Source: Octopus sinensis
Lineage: Eukaryota
Assembly (NCBI RefSeq): GCF_006345805.1
Contig: NC_043020.1
Span: 13,950,001 to 14,014,000, forward strand
Direction: 5' to 3'
DNA length: 64,000 bases
The stretch's first letter is position 1. Each line of letters starts with the position of its first letter. Below are positions 1 to 10,797 of the stretch, one piece after another. A program made the translations under genes and the position numbers. The notes under the pieces were generated by a model that was not told the DNA's origin, did not search any database, and saw only the letters and a program-made list of their open reading frames with translations.

Positions 1-136
1 ATACACACACACACATATATATATACACACACACACACATATATATACACACACACACACATACACATATATATATACACACACATACACATATATATAT
101 ACACACATACACATATATATATACACACACGCATAC

Positions 137-171
<35 letters not shown>

Positions 172-516
172 TATATATGCACACATGCACAAATATATAT
201 ATGCAACATCAACATATGTATAAACAAACTGTGTTAATCAATTAGGCATTAAAACAGAATGACTCTCCCTAGACAATAAAATATGCTTCAACACACGAAT
301 TCACTAAAGAATCTTGCATACCAAATACAAAATCTTATATCTGTTTTTAGAAGCATCGAAAGTGTATCATATTATATCCAATTTTCCCTGGTGTTTTCAT
401 GGCAATACTGCATTCAAAATATCATACTGTCTTATCTGTATAATATGATACACATTCGACATTTCTAAAACACAAATGTAAGTTTTTTTTAAATTTGAAG
501 GAGATTGTTGTCAGCA

Positions 517-586
517 GGCAGTTTAGCTTAATGGTAAAGTACTCAGCCAGTCTCTGAGAGATGTGGGTTCGAGTCCTGTGGCTGTT
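517..586 (+). pseudogene. Degenerate tRNA-like sequence (AGT anticodon, Thr-like) or SINE head
   Basis: A-box-like TAGCTTAATGG, B-box GGTTCGAGTCC, anticodon stem CTCAG/CTGAG with a 7-nt loop CCAGTCT. Acceptor and T stems pair poorly. Confidence 0.45.
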
Positions 587-684
587 TGTTGACAACTTTT
601 TCGGTCTTACAAGGGTAATAATACCCAATTTTTCCTGCTGCTTTTATAGCAATACTGTATTCAAAATATTACTTTCTGGTCTGT

Positions 685-760
<76 letters not shown>

Positions 761-790
761 CAAGTTCGACAAATTATATTTTATGACGTA

Positions 791-862
791 CCCCACCGAT
801 GATCTGAGGATAATTATGTAAGTAAAATTGCATAATTTATTAAGTGAAACAATTGTATGGGG
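791..862 (+). ncRNA. Minimal type I hammerhead ribozyme motif (U4C core variant)
   Basis: Stem I CCCCA/TGGGG; core CCGATGA 796-802; stem II with AATTATG/CATAATT; GAAAC 846-850; palindromic ACAATTGT stem III; GUA cleavage triplet at 855-857. Confidence 0.7.
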
Positions 863-1042
863 TTAATCTATATTTTTGTTATTTTTCATTTGTCCTGCTC
901 GCTTACGTTCTTAGTGTGCTAAATTTTTTCTTGAGAACAATCCTTAGTGGTTGAGTCCCTTTGCGGATCTATATCTAGCATAAGTGCGTCCACATAGTGG
1001 ATTCTCTCTCATATTTGTATGTGTATATATATGTGTGTATAT

Positions 1043-1086
<44 letters not shown>

Positions 1087-1785
1087 GTTCTTGACTATGC
1101 ACAGAATATGAGAACAAACTTTAAATTTCCAATTTCTTTCTTATATCGTAATCCTTGTCTTTGAATTTTTAAACTTTGATAAGATGATGGTGATGAGCTG
1201 GCAGAAATGTTTGTACACCAAGCAAAATGCTTAGTGGAATTTCATCTGTCTTTATGTTCTGAGCTCAAATGCTTTTCGTCCTTTGAATGTCGATAAAATA
1301 AGTACCAGTTGAATACTGGGGTCAGTGTAATCGACTTACTCCCTCCCCTGAACTTGCTGGCCTTGTGCCAAAATTAGAAACCAGTATTAAATAAAATGGA
1401 CATACACATTGAAACTGGTAATATTTTATAAAAGTCACTGAATGTAACAAATATAAAAATACTTATCCTGTCTAGCTAAAGGGGTAAATAGTTTTAAAAA
1501 TCTTTAAACATGCAGCCATTCAGGTGTGGCTGTGTGGTAAGAAACTTGCCTCTCAACCATATGGTTCCAAGTTCAGTCCCACTGTGTTGCATCTTGGACA
1601 AGTGCCTTCTACTATAACCTTGGGCCAACCAAAGCCTTGTGAGTGGGTTTGGTAGACAGAAACTGAAAGAAGCCTGTCGTGTGTGTGTGTGAATATATAT
1701 ATATGCATCTAATATAGGATAAAATTTTTTCCAAAATAAAATTTAATCAATGGCCAACATATTAAAAAATACCTTTAAAGGTTAA

Positions 1786-2120
1786 ACTTATAAACAAGGG
1801 CAAAATAAAAAAATTCCTAATGCCAAATATACCGTAACATCGTCCATAACCATATAATTCATCACTATAAGTACATGTCTTGAAGAAAGCCGACAGAAAT
1901 TTCTAAAAAATTCCGTTATTACCACATCAGACCCAATTTCAGAGTTAGTCCATAAGAATCTTCTCTTCATCAGTGATAAATGCAGCAAAGGAATAAATGG
2001 AATACTTACTAATACCCATCGAGACATGTACTTATAGTGATGAATTATATGGTTATGGACGATGTCTAGTTTCAGCATATTTGGCATTAGAAATTTTTTC
2101 TTTTGCCCTTGTTTGTAAGT
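1786..2120. mobile_element. Inverted-repeat-flanked cassette carrying a hammerhead (Penelope-type remnant or MITE)
   Basis: Arms 1786-1880 and 2022-2120 are near reverse complements. The 141-nt spacer holds the hammerhead. It lies within the internal TA tract of a SINE. Confidence 0.7.
1926..1977 (-). ncRNA. Minimal type I hammerhead ribozyme motif
   Basis: Minus strand reads ATCA-CTGATGA-AGAG..CTCT-GAAA-TTGG-GTC-TGAT. Stem I ATCA/TGAT; GUC triplet at 1932-1930. Confidence 0.7.
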
Positions 2121-2122
2121 TG

Positions 2123-2161
<39 letters not shown>

Positions 2162-2439
2162 GTATCTATTTATGTGTGTGTATGTCTGTGTTTGTCCCCC
2201 TGCCATCACTTGACAACCAATGCTGGTGTGTTTATGTCCCCATAACTTAGTATTTATCGTAGCTTTTACCAAACCACTAAGCTTACAAAGAATAAGTCCT
2301 TTGGTCAATTTCTCCAACTAAAATCCTTTATATGACTAAAACCAGTAAAAGAATACTTCTGTGCTGTTACTATTTTTTAATTTTTACCTATATGTACGTA
2401 CACACACATATAGTTAATATATGTATGCATTGTATAGAC

Positions 2440-2816
2440 TACTAGCAGTATCGCCCGGCGTTGCTCGGGTTTGTAAGGGAAATAACTATAAAGCATTTTT
2501 AGAGAGTTATAGCCAAAAAATAGCAAAAAAATGGAAAAAAAATTATGGTAAATTTTTTTTGAGAGTTAAAAGGGTCGAGTTGCGTCCCCTAGACAGTTTG
2601 TGGTTTGTGTTTCTAATTCTCGACCCCCATGTCGAATTTATTGATTTTTTTTCAGAACTGGGGGAACTTTTCAAAATTTTCGCTGCGTTAGTTTTGAATT
2701 ATGACATTGGGCTATGTGTGTGTCAAGTTTCATCAGAATCGGTTGAAAGCCGTGGTCAGGGTGAGGGTACAACCTGACAGACACACAGACAAACTGCCGT
2801 TTATATATAGAGAGAT
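2440..2816 (+). mobile_element. Non-autonomous Helitron/Helentron-like element (HINE type)
   Basis: Begins ACTAG with a subterminal CCCGGC..GCTCGGG hairpin and ends with GACA repeats and TTTATATATAG. Related ends occur at 17575-17960, 28129-28527 and 28990-29357. Confidence 0.6.
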
Positions 2817-2817
2817 T

Positions 2818-2848
<31 letters not shown>

Positions 2849-3019
2849 AGTAATAATGAAGTCAAACCAAATAGTGATATTTTGAAATCATTTAGTACGT
2901 GTTTCAAGTTTGTGTAATATATAATAGGAAATTCATCCAGTACATAAACTTTCCTCATTATTATGGCCAGATTCCAACCCAGGCTGCAGCAACAAATTCC
3001 ACCTCCCACACCAACATCA

Positions 3020-3744
3020 GGATCTTTTCCTTTTGAACGGCAGTTTTCAACACAATTTCTAGTTAACTAAACACTTTTAAACTTCGTATACTGGTAGAAT
3101 GTGTCAAAATAAAACATTTTTTTCTCTTGGCTTTCTTGAGAAATTTGTAAGTTTAACGTAGTTTAATTTTTTGAATTTTAACCAATCGATGGCCTCTATT
3201 TAGCTAAAATCATTTGCTGCGTCTAAAACTGAGACAACATCCTCTCACTGACACTAACCCCAACCCCAACCCTAACACTAACCCTAACCCTAAATTTTAG
3301 CCTTTCGGGGTTTTTTTCTTAATTGTTAAATTAATTTATTTGTTACGTGTGTGTCTAAAATTATTCATTTTGTTTTTGTTTTGAGATATTTTCCATTGCT
3401 TAAGAAAGAAAAAAACGAAAGGCTAAAACGAAAGCAATGGAAAATAATTTAAACAATTAACAAACAAAATAATTCTATAATTTTATACACATGCTTTCCG
3501 AACGTAAACATAACAGTGACAGGATGTTGTCTCAGTTTTAGACGCAGCAAATGATTTTAGCTAAATAGAGGCCATCGATTGGTTAAAATTCGAAAAATTA
3601 AACTACGTTAAACTTACAAATTTCTCAAGAAAGCCAAGAGAAAAAAATGTTTTATTTTGACACATTCTACCAGTATACGAAGTTTAAAAGTGTTTAGTTA
3701 ACTAGAAATTGTGTTGAAAACTGCCGTTCAAAAGGAAAAGATCC
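3020..3744. mobile_element. Merlin-like MITE with long TIRs and 8-bp TSD
   Basis: GGATCTTTTC...GAAAAGATCC termini, TIRs over 200 bp, TSD CAACATCA on both sides, central AACCCT telomere-like repeats. Confidence 0.75.
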
Positions 3745-3955
3745 CAACATCACTGCCCAAGGCCCTGGATACATTCCAGGCCAGTGTCTGTAATCAAGTT
3801 GTAAATGTGTGTTGATGTTTTCCCCTTCTTACATCACCATGAAGTAGGTTCCACAAGACTAATTTGGATGCCTCCATCTCAGGGTGGTGCTTGCAATGAC
3901 CAGATAGTCACAACCATCTTTGCCTGAGGTCTCCATATGTCATATGTTGCTGCCA
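3745..3955 (-). mobile_element. RTE-clade LINE ORF2 3' fragment, decayed
   Basis: Minus strand translates to LRQRWL*LSGHCKHHPEMEASKLVLWNLLHGDVRRGK...ITDTGLE, the RTE C-terminal GHC.RHPE..SKLVLW motif. Confidence 0.65.
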
Positions 3956-4190
3956 TTTCACATTTCCAGTCAGCCCGTTTCACATTTCCAGTCAGCCCGT
4001 TTCACATTTCCAGTCAGCCCATTTCACATTTCCAGTCAGCCCGTTTCACATTTCCAGTCAGCCCGTTTCACATTTCCAGTAAGCCCGTTTCACATTTCCA
4101 GTCAGCCCGTTTCACATTTCCAGTCAGCCCGTTTCACATTTCCAGTCAGCCCGTTTCACATTTCCAGTCAGCCTGTTTTCACATTTCCAT
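3953..4190. repeat. 22-bp minisatellite (TTTCACATTTCCAGTCAGCCCG) x about 11
   Basis: Direct tandem copies with few substitutions; it explains the ORFs at 3920 and 3937. Confidence 0.95.
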
Positions 4191-4379
4191 TTAGCCCGTT
4201 TGCTAATTTCTTTGTCAGTGTACATGTTTCACTAACATATGATAGCACTGATTTATCAGTTGCAATAAATCTTCCTCATATTTAGTATTTGTATTATAGT
4301 TAACGGTATGTATAATTAAGACTTTTTTTCCCCTGGTACAGTCATTTAATCCATGTCTTTATTGCCAATTTCATTTTAG

Positions 4380-4436
4380 ATCACTGACGCTGGGATTGCT
4401 TCCCTGGTTGCAGGTTGTTGTCATAACACACTTGAG
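4380..4436 (+). CDS. AMN1: AMN1-like LRR protein, internal coding exon (ITDAGIASLVAGCCHNTLE)
   Basis: ttttag acceptor and GAG|gtgagt donor, 57 nt, phase 0-0. Aligns by eye to vertebrate AMN1 VSDSGVIALVSGPCAKKLE. Upstream exons were not found in the window. Confidence 0.85.
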
Positions 4437-4522
4437 GTGAGTTCAGATTTTTATATCTCAATTCATATTACCATTTACACAAGTAATCTTTAAGGTATTA
4501 TTTAACAACAGCTTGAAGACTT

Positions 4523-4955
4523 TAAGGCGGTGAGCTGGCAGAATCGTTAGCACGCCGGGCAAAATGCTTAGCGGTATTTCGTCTGTCTTTATGTTCTGAG
4601 TTCAAATTCCGCCGAGGTCGACTTTGCCTTTCATCCTTTCGGGGTCAATAAATTAAGTACCAGTTACGCACTGGGGTCGATATAATTGACTTAATACCTA
4701 TGTCTGTCCTTGTTTGTCCTCTCTGCGTTTAGCCCCTTGTGGGTAGTAAAGAAATAGGTATTCCGTCTGTCTTTATGTTCTGAGTTCAAATTCCGCCGCG
4801 GTCAACTTTGCCTTTCATCCTTTCGGGGTCGATAAATTAAGTACCAGTTACACACTGGGGTCAATATAATCGACTTAATCGGTTTGTCTGTCTTAATCCG
4901 TTTGTCCTAGTTCGTCCCCTCTGTGTGTAGCCCCTTGTGGGCAGTAAAGGAATAA
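4523..4955 (+). mobile_element. tRNA-derived SINE family B, with a partial tandem duplication
   Basis: GAGCTGGCAGAATCGTTAG head, GAGTTCAAATTCC B box, GCCTTTCATCCTTTCGGGGTCGATAAA core. Many other copies, e.g. 35190-35412, 38620-38845, 41110-41430, 47390-47625, 59340-59580. Confidence 0.85.
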
Positions 4956-5224
4956 GCTTGAAGACTTATCAATGGCTAAGATTTTAATTTAACTACTGAA
5001 AATAAAATGCGCAATAGTAGAATATTTTTAAAATTTGCTTCTTTTAATTTTAGTATTTTTTATGTCCGCTGCATAAATAAAGATGGCTATTTATTTTTTT
5101 GTGAACTTAAATTAACATATATATATATGTGTGTGTGTGTGGTGTTGTGTGTGTCATGTGCCACAAAGATAAGTTCATTTGTCATCAATGTAATCTGCAA
5201 AAGGGCCTCATTAAATCAGTCCTT

Positions 5225-5719
5225 GGATCCTTTCGCTTTGACTGGCAGATTTTTAAAATAATTTCTGGCGGTGTCATGTGAAAATGTCACCCATAATTAT
5301 GACCCTAGTATCGATCTATTGCATTTCAATCTGTTTTAGGGTTAGGGGTGGGGGGAAGGGTATCTTTTTTTCTTCAGAAATGTAAATAAACCCAATCTGT
5401 TTCTTAAACAAGGGACATTTTCATATGAGACCGCCAGAAAATTTTACGGCAGAGAATGTTTTCACTTCAATAGACATCATTGATTGGTTGAAATTGCCGA
5501 AATTTAAGAAAATATCTTACAAACTAAAGAATTTTCTCAAGAAAGCCAAGAGAAAAAGATGTTTTATAAACACCTACCAGTATATGGCGGTGCCCCAGCA
5601 TGGCCACAGCTTGTGAGCTGAAACTAGAATCAATCAATCAATCAATCAATATGAAGTTTAAAAGTGTTTAGTTACGTGGAAATTATTTTTAAAATCTGCC
5701 GGTCAAAGCGAAAAGATCC
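5225..5719. mobile_element. Merlin-like MITE with perfect 8-bp TSD
   Basis: GGATC...GATCC termini and TSD CAGTCCTT on both flanks. A short SINE 3' end is inserted near 5581-5650. Confidence 0.78.
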
Positions 5720-6669
5720 CAGTCCTTTTGTTCATCTGCTTATCTCAGTTGAGGAGCATCATCATCATCCTTAATGTCTGTTCTCCATGCTGGCATGGGT
5801 GGATGGTTTGACAGGAGCTGGTAAGCCAGAGGACTGTACCATGCTTTACCGTCAGTTTGGGTATGGTTTTTATGGCTGGATACCCTTGCTAATGCCAACC
5901 ACTTTACAGAATGTGCTTTTTCTTTTTATGTGGCTCTGGAATAGGCGCTTTTTACTTGGTGTTACATAAAAGGGACTAGTGCCATCACCATGTATAAAAG
6001 TACTCATGCTTGCGCCACATAAAAAGCACTTGTTCCAGTGCCATGTTACAAACCACTGCCACATTAAGAGCACACGGCACACTCTGTGAAGTGGTTGGTG
6101 GTAGGAAGGCCATCCAACTGTAGAAACAATGCTGCAACAGACAATTAGTTCCTGGGCAACTCTCTGGCTGGCCAGTTACATGTCAAACCATCCAAACTAA
6201 CTATGCCAATATGGGTTGGACAGTTTGACAGCATAGGCAGAGATAAATGTTGAAGTTGTATTTTTGAAGACATGTCTAAGCATAACTATCCTGTCACACA
6301 CACTCCTACTATCTCATTGTACCTACATTCTTTGGTAATGTATTTTGGCACAAGGCCAGCAATTTCAGGGGAGTGGGTAAGTCAATTACATCAACCCCAG
6401 TGCTCAACCGGTGTTCATTTTATTCACCTTGAAAGGATGAAAGGCAAAGTCAACCTTGGCAGAATTTGAACTCAGAGCATAGCGATGGACAAAATGCTGC
6501 TAAGCATTTTGCTCAATGCTCTAACAATTCTACCAGCTCACCATCTTAAGAACTATAAATATTATTAACTGTTTTATTGGAGAGTGAGTGTGACAGAGAG
6601 AGAGAGAGATGTTGGGAGAGTCACAAACCAATTCTGCAACCTTCAAACAACTATACATTTTCATTTCAG

Positions 6670-6781
6670 GAGATGGTCCTTCGGAATATTGAAAAGATAT
6701 CTAACAAATCAGTAGAACTTGTACTAAAATTCTGCCCCAAGTTAACAATTGTTAACTTCAGTGGCTGCCCCAACATCCAAG
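6670..6781 (+). CDS. AMN1: AMN1-like exon (EMVLRNIEKISNKSVELVLKFCPKLTIVNFSGCPNIQ)
   Basis: tttcag acceptor and G|gtaaat donor, 112 nt. Cysteine-containing LRR, matching AMN1 [37 protein letters not shown]. Confidence 0.88.
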
Positions 6782-7578
6782 GTAAATACATCTCCATTTG
6801 CTACTGTTTTTCTCTCCAATATATTTGTAGGTTGTTAAGAAGCCAACAGTTGTAGTTGTTTAGCCCCAGGTAAATTGAATTGACTTATGATTAAAATACA
6901 TTCCTGCCATGACCAACTTGTCTTTTCTTTAGAATCTACATGTAGATCTATATCATCCAGTGTATCTTTCCCCTTTTTAAGATCATGATCATCGTCATCA
7001 TCATTTAGTGTCTGCTTTCCATACTGGCATGGGTTAGATGGTTTGACTGAAACTGGTTAAGCTGGAGAGCTGCACTGATTCCAGTCTGATTTGGTATGGT
7101 TTCTACAGCTGGATGCCCTTCCTAACAGCAACCACTCCAAGAATGTAATGAATGCTTTTTACATGCCACTGGCACAGATGCCAGTTATGTGACACCCGCA
7201 TCAGTCACAACTATGATTTCACTTTGCTTGATGAGTTTTCTCAAGCACCCACTACACTCACGGAGTGGTTGGCGTTAGGAAGGGCATCCAGCCATAGAAA
7301 CTCTGCCAGATCAGACTGGAGCCTGGAGCAGCCCCTGGCTTCCCAGACCCCGGTCGAACCGTCCAACCCGTGCTAGCGCGGAAAACGAACATTAAATGAT
7401 GATGATGATGACAGCATATCGCCAAAGGTTTCGGTTATTTGTTACAAGATGACAGGTTCGATCTCAGGGAGGGCTGCTATTTTTTGCAAGTGAGGCTACT
7501 ATGTAGAGATCACCTTGTTTCTTTTGGGGGTCATAGTTTTTCTTGTGTTTAAAGGTATAATTCTAAAGATCTTATTAA

Positions 7579-8024
7579 CCCTTTCGTTACCAAACCGGCT
7601 GAAACTGGCTGTGGCTCTGTAGTACAAATGTCTTGTTTGCATAAGTTTTGAATTAAAATCTTCCACCAAACCTTAGTCACAATTTATGTTCCTAACACGA
7701 AGCTGAACGATGACTAAGTTGTTTTACTAAATTGTTTGTTATATTTAACCCTTTGGTGTTCGCATTATTCTGCCAAAATTAATACTTTTTCATCCACATT
7801 GTTTTGAACTAATCATGCATTATCTTGTAGCTATGAGATTTTGATGAGGTAGCTGTTAATTTTTAAAACGATATTGTAGGGTTGGTGTGAGAGACCAGAT
7901 CTGGTCAGTTTGAACATAAAACAGGCAGAATACTTTTGGCCGGATATGGCCGGTTTAAATGCTAAAGGGTTAAAGTAATTGAAAGAAACACAGAGCATCT
8001 CAAAATTAATACAGTAACGTAAGG
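7579..8024. mobile_element. piggyBac-type MITE with a second piggyBac-type MITE nested at 7749-7969
   Basis: TTAA|CCCTTT... termini. The inner element is TTAA|CCCTTT...AAAGGG|TTAA, inserted at an internal TTAA of the outer family. Confidence 0.75.
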
Positions 8025-8249
8025 TTAACATCATTTTCAATTTCTAATCTTCCATTTTCCCTGCATTTAATTACTCAGCTTTGAAAGGGTGTTCAGTTTT
8101 AAAATTTCTCAGGATTTATTGAAACAAAAGTTAATTAGGAAGAATTTGACCATTGTTCATCCATCTTAACCCTTTTGTTACCATATTTCTGTTGAGATGC
8201 TCTGTCTTCAATTAATTTTGAAAATAATGAAGAATTTAGTAAACATATA

Positions 8250-8293
<44 letters not shown>

Positions 8294-8703
8294 GATGGGC
8301 TTCTTTCAGTTTCCGTCTACCAAATCCACTCACAAGGCTTTGGTCAGCCCAAGGCTACTGTAGAAGACACTTGCCCAAGGTGCCACGCAGTGGGACTAAA
8401 CCTGGAACCATGTGGTTGGTAAGCAAGCTACTTACCACATAGCCACTCTTGTGCCTCTATCCATATAAAGTTTTGATTTACATGTATCAATTGCAAGAAA
8501 CACCTAGGTTTCTTTTCTCTTACATATTATGTAATTCAACCTACACAAGTGAATGGGTGAACAACAAAATAGGAATTTTGAAAGATGTATAAAACTAGTT
8601 TTTAAACATCAAATAAATATAGGGGTCCACCAGAATAAAATGGTAATCAAAGGGGGTGCACAGATGAAAACAAAATGATTAAGCAAGGGTGTAAATGATT
8701 TAA

Positions 8704-9100
8704 GGGGAAAATTGGGTATAAGAGGCATTAGAAGGGTGTGCTGGATTGGTCATGTGATGCATGTGGATGAGGACAGCTGCATAAAAAAGTGCCAAGCTCT
8801 AACTGTGAAGGGTACTTGTGGAAGGGGTTGACCCAGGAAGACAGTGTCTGAAGATCCTTTCTCACCACTTCATCGGCGAGAAAGTGTCTTTGGACACTGG
8901 GCCTCACTAAGGAAATGACAAGGAATCGGGAGATGTGGTGATTTGCTATACAAGCTAAGTGAAATCGCTGTGTTCCATACATACAGGTTTGTCCTTTCGG
9001 GTGCTGGTGCCACATAAAAGGCACTTGTATTGGTGTTGCTTATACACACTTGTGCTGGTGGCACATGAAAGCACCCAGCACACTCTGCTAACAACATAGT
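8704..9100 (+). mobile_element. RTE LINE ORF2 3' end and start of its 3' UTR
   Basis: Translates to GHVMHVDEDSCIKKC...GTCGRG*PRKT...LGLTKEMTRNREMW, followed by the GTGCCACATAAAAGGCAC motif shared with repeat family C. Confidence 0.75.
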
Positions 9101-9190
9101 ATACTGGAGATCCACAGTAGTATTTTCTTTCACTCTTTTACTTGTTTCAGTCATTTGACTGTGGCTACGCTGGAGCACCGCCTTTAGTCG

Positions 9191-9329
9191 ACGACCGCTT
9201 GGTTCAAAGTCTCTCTTGACCAGAAATGGCCTGAACTTTTTGCATGAACACCCCTGTACATAACTCCATGTCCCCCTACATGGCCTTGCTTTTTGCTTTT
9301 TGAGCCAAAAAATTAACTTAACTTAACTA
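9191..9329 (+). mobile_element. 5'-truncated CR1 3' end inserted in a SINE
   Basis: Nearly identical to 55920-56058; ends in a (TTAAC)n tail. Confidence 0.75.
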
Positions 9330-10461
9330 GTCGAGCAAATCGACCCCAGGACTTGTTCTTTGTAAGCCTAGTACTTATTCTATCAGTCTCTTTTTGCCGA
9401 ACTGCTAAGTTATGGGGACGCAAACACACCAGGAGCACCACCTTTAGTCGAGCAAATCGACCCCAGGACTTATTCTTTGTAAGCCTAGTACTTATTCTAT
9501 CGGTCTCCTTTTGCTGAATTGCTAAGTTACGGGGACGTAAACACTCCAGCATCGGTTGGTTGGCATTAGGAAGGGCATCCAGCCATAGAAACCATGCCAC
9601 AAAGACAACTGGAGCCTGGCCAACTCCATGTCAAACTGTCCAACCCATGCCAGCATGGAAAGCTGATGTTAAACGATGATGAAGCACTGCTCTAGTTGAA
9701 ATGAGTATCTACAGAGTACTAGTGCTACCCTTTCTCATTTCTTGGATGCTCTGTTGGGTTGGAGGGCTGAGAGGGCTACATGGGTACCTAAAACTATTTG
9801 TGAATCCATAGTACATGCTACCAACTGATGCACACCATTTACTAGTAATGACTGTAGTTGTAAGGGTCAAGTAAGATATGTTGTTTTTCTGAATATTTAA
9901 CCCTTTAGCATCTAAACTGGCCAAAAATATTCTGTTTTATGTTCAAACTAACCCTATCTGGTCTCTCACACCAACCCTACAATATCGTTTTAAAAATTAA
10001 CAGCTTCCTCATCAAAATCTCATAGCTACAAGATAATGCATGATTAATTCAAAAGTGGGCATGGCTGTGTGGTTAGGGAGCTTGCTTCCTAGCTACATGC
10101 GTGGCACTTTGGGTAGGTGTCTTCCACTATAGCCCCAAGCCGACTGAAGCTTTGTGATTGAATTCGGTAGGCGGAAGTTACTGCCGTGTGTGTATAGCTG
10201 TTCAGTGCCTCACCGAAAGAGAGAGAGGGATGATGATGTAGATGAAGAAGCATTAATTTTGGCAGAATAATGCGAACACAAAAGAGTTGAAGACATCAAT
10301 ATTCTTATGATCATCATATGGTATGCTATAGTAACAGTAACTTTAAACTGTAGGCTTTTGTATATTGAAGAAATATGAACAGAGTTCAGAAATGTAACTC
10401 TCTATTTCGTTGTATACCATGACCTGATGTATTTCATTTTTACCATTTTTCAATTCTTCAG

Positions 10462-10526
10462 ATGTTAATTACAGTAGATATTCTAACAACACATTAAAAC
10501 AGATTGGTTGGACCATTCCTATCTGA
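10462..10526 (+). CDS. AMN1: AMN1-like terminal coding exon (DVNYSRYSNNTLKQIGWTIPI*)
   Basis: ttcttcag acceptor; phase 1 is compatible with the previous exon; TGA at 10524-10526. LKQIGWT resembles the AMN1 C-terminal LKQVTWT. Confidence 0.82.
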
Positions 10527-10791
10527 AGCAGAACAAGTCACCCAACACAAGTGTCTCCGACAGCAATTCATTTACTTTGGCCTTCACAGTTCAGGAATTT
10601 CATGGATCTCATATTTTCATGGTGAACTACATTTTTCAATAATATCAACACACCTACACAAATATGTGCATTTGCACACCTATACAAAAACTTGCTCAAA
10701 TGTGTTTTAAACAAGAACACAAATTTTTTTTTATGCATATATAATGTGTTTGCTCACACATATTTCTCTTTTTTTTTTTTTTTTTTTGAAT

Positions 10792-10797
10792 AATAAA
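10792..10797 (+). promoter_or_regulatory. Candidate polyadenylation signal for AMN1
   Basis: AATAAA about 265 nt after the stop codon in TE-free sequence. The motif is common in AT-rich DNA, so this is tentative. Confidence 0.35.

Noticed and set aside
3250-3295. Interstitial telomere from a chromosome fusion
   Set aside because: The AACCCT repeats are few, degenerate and internal to a TIR element with a TSD.
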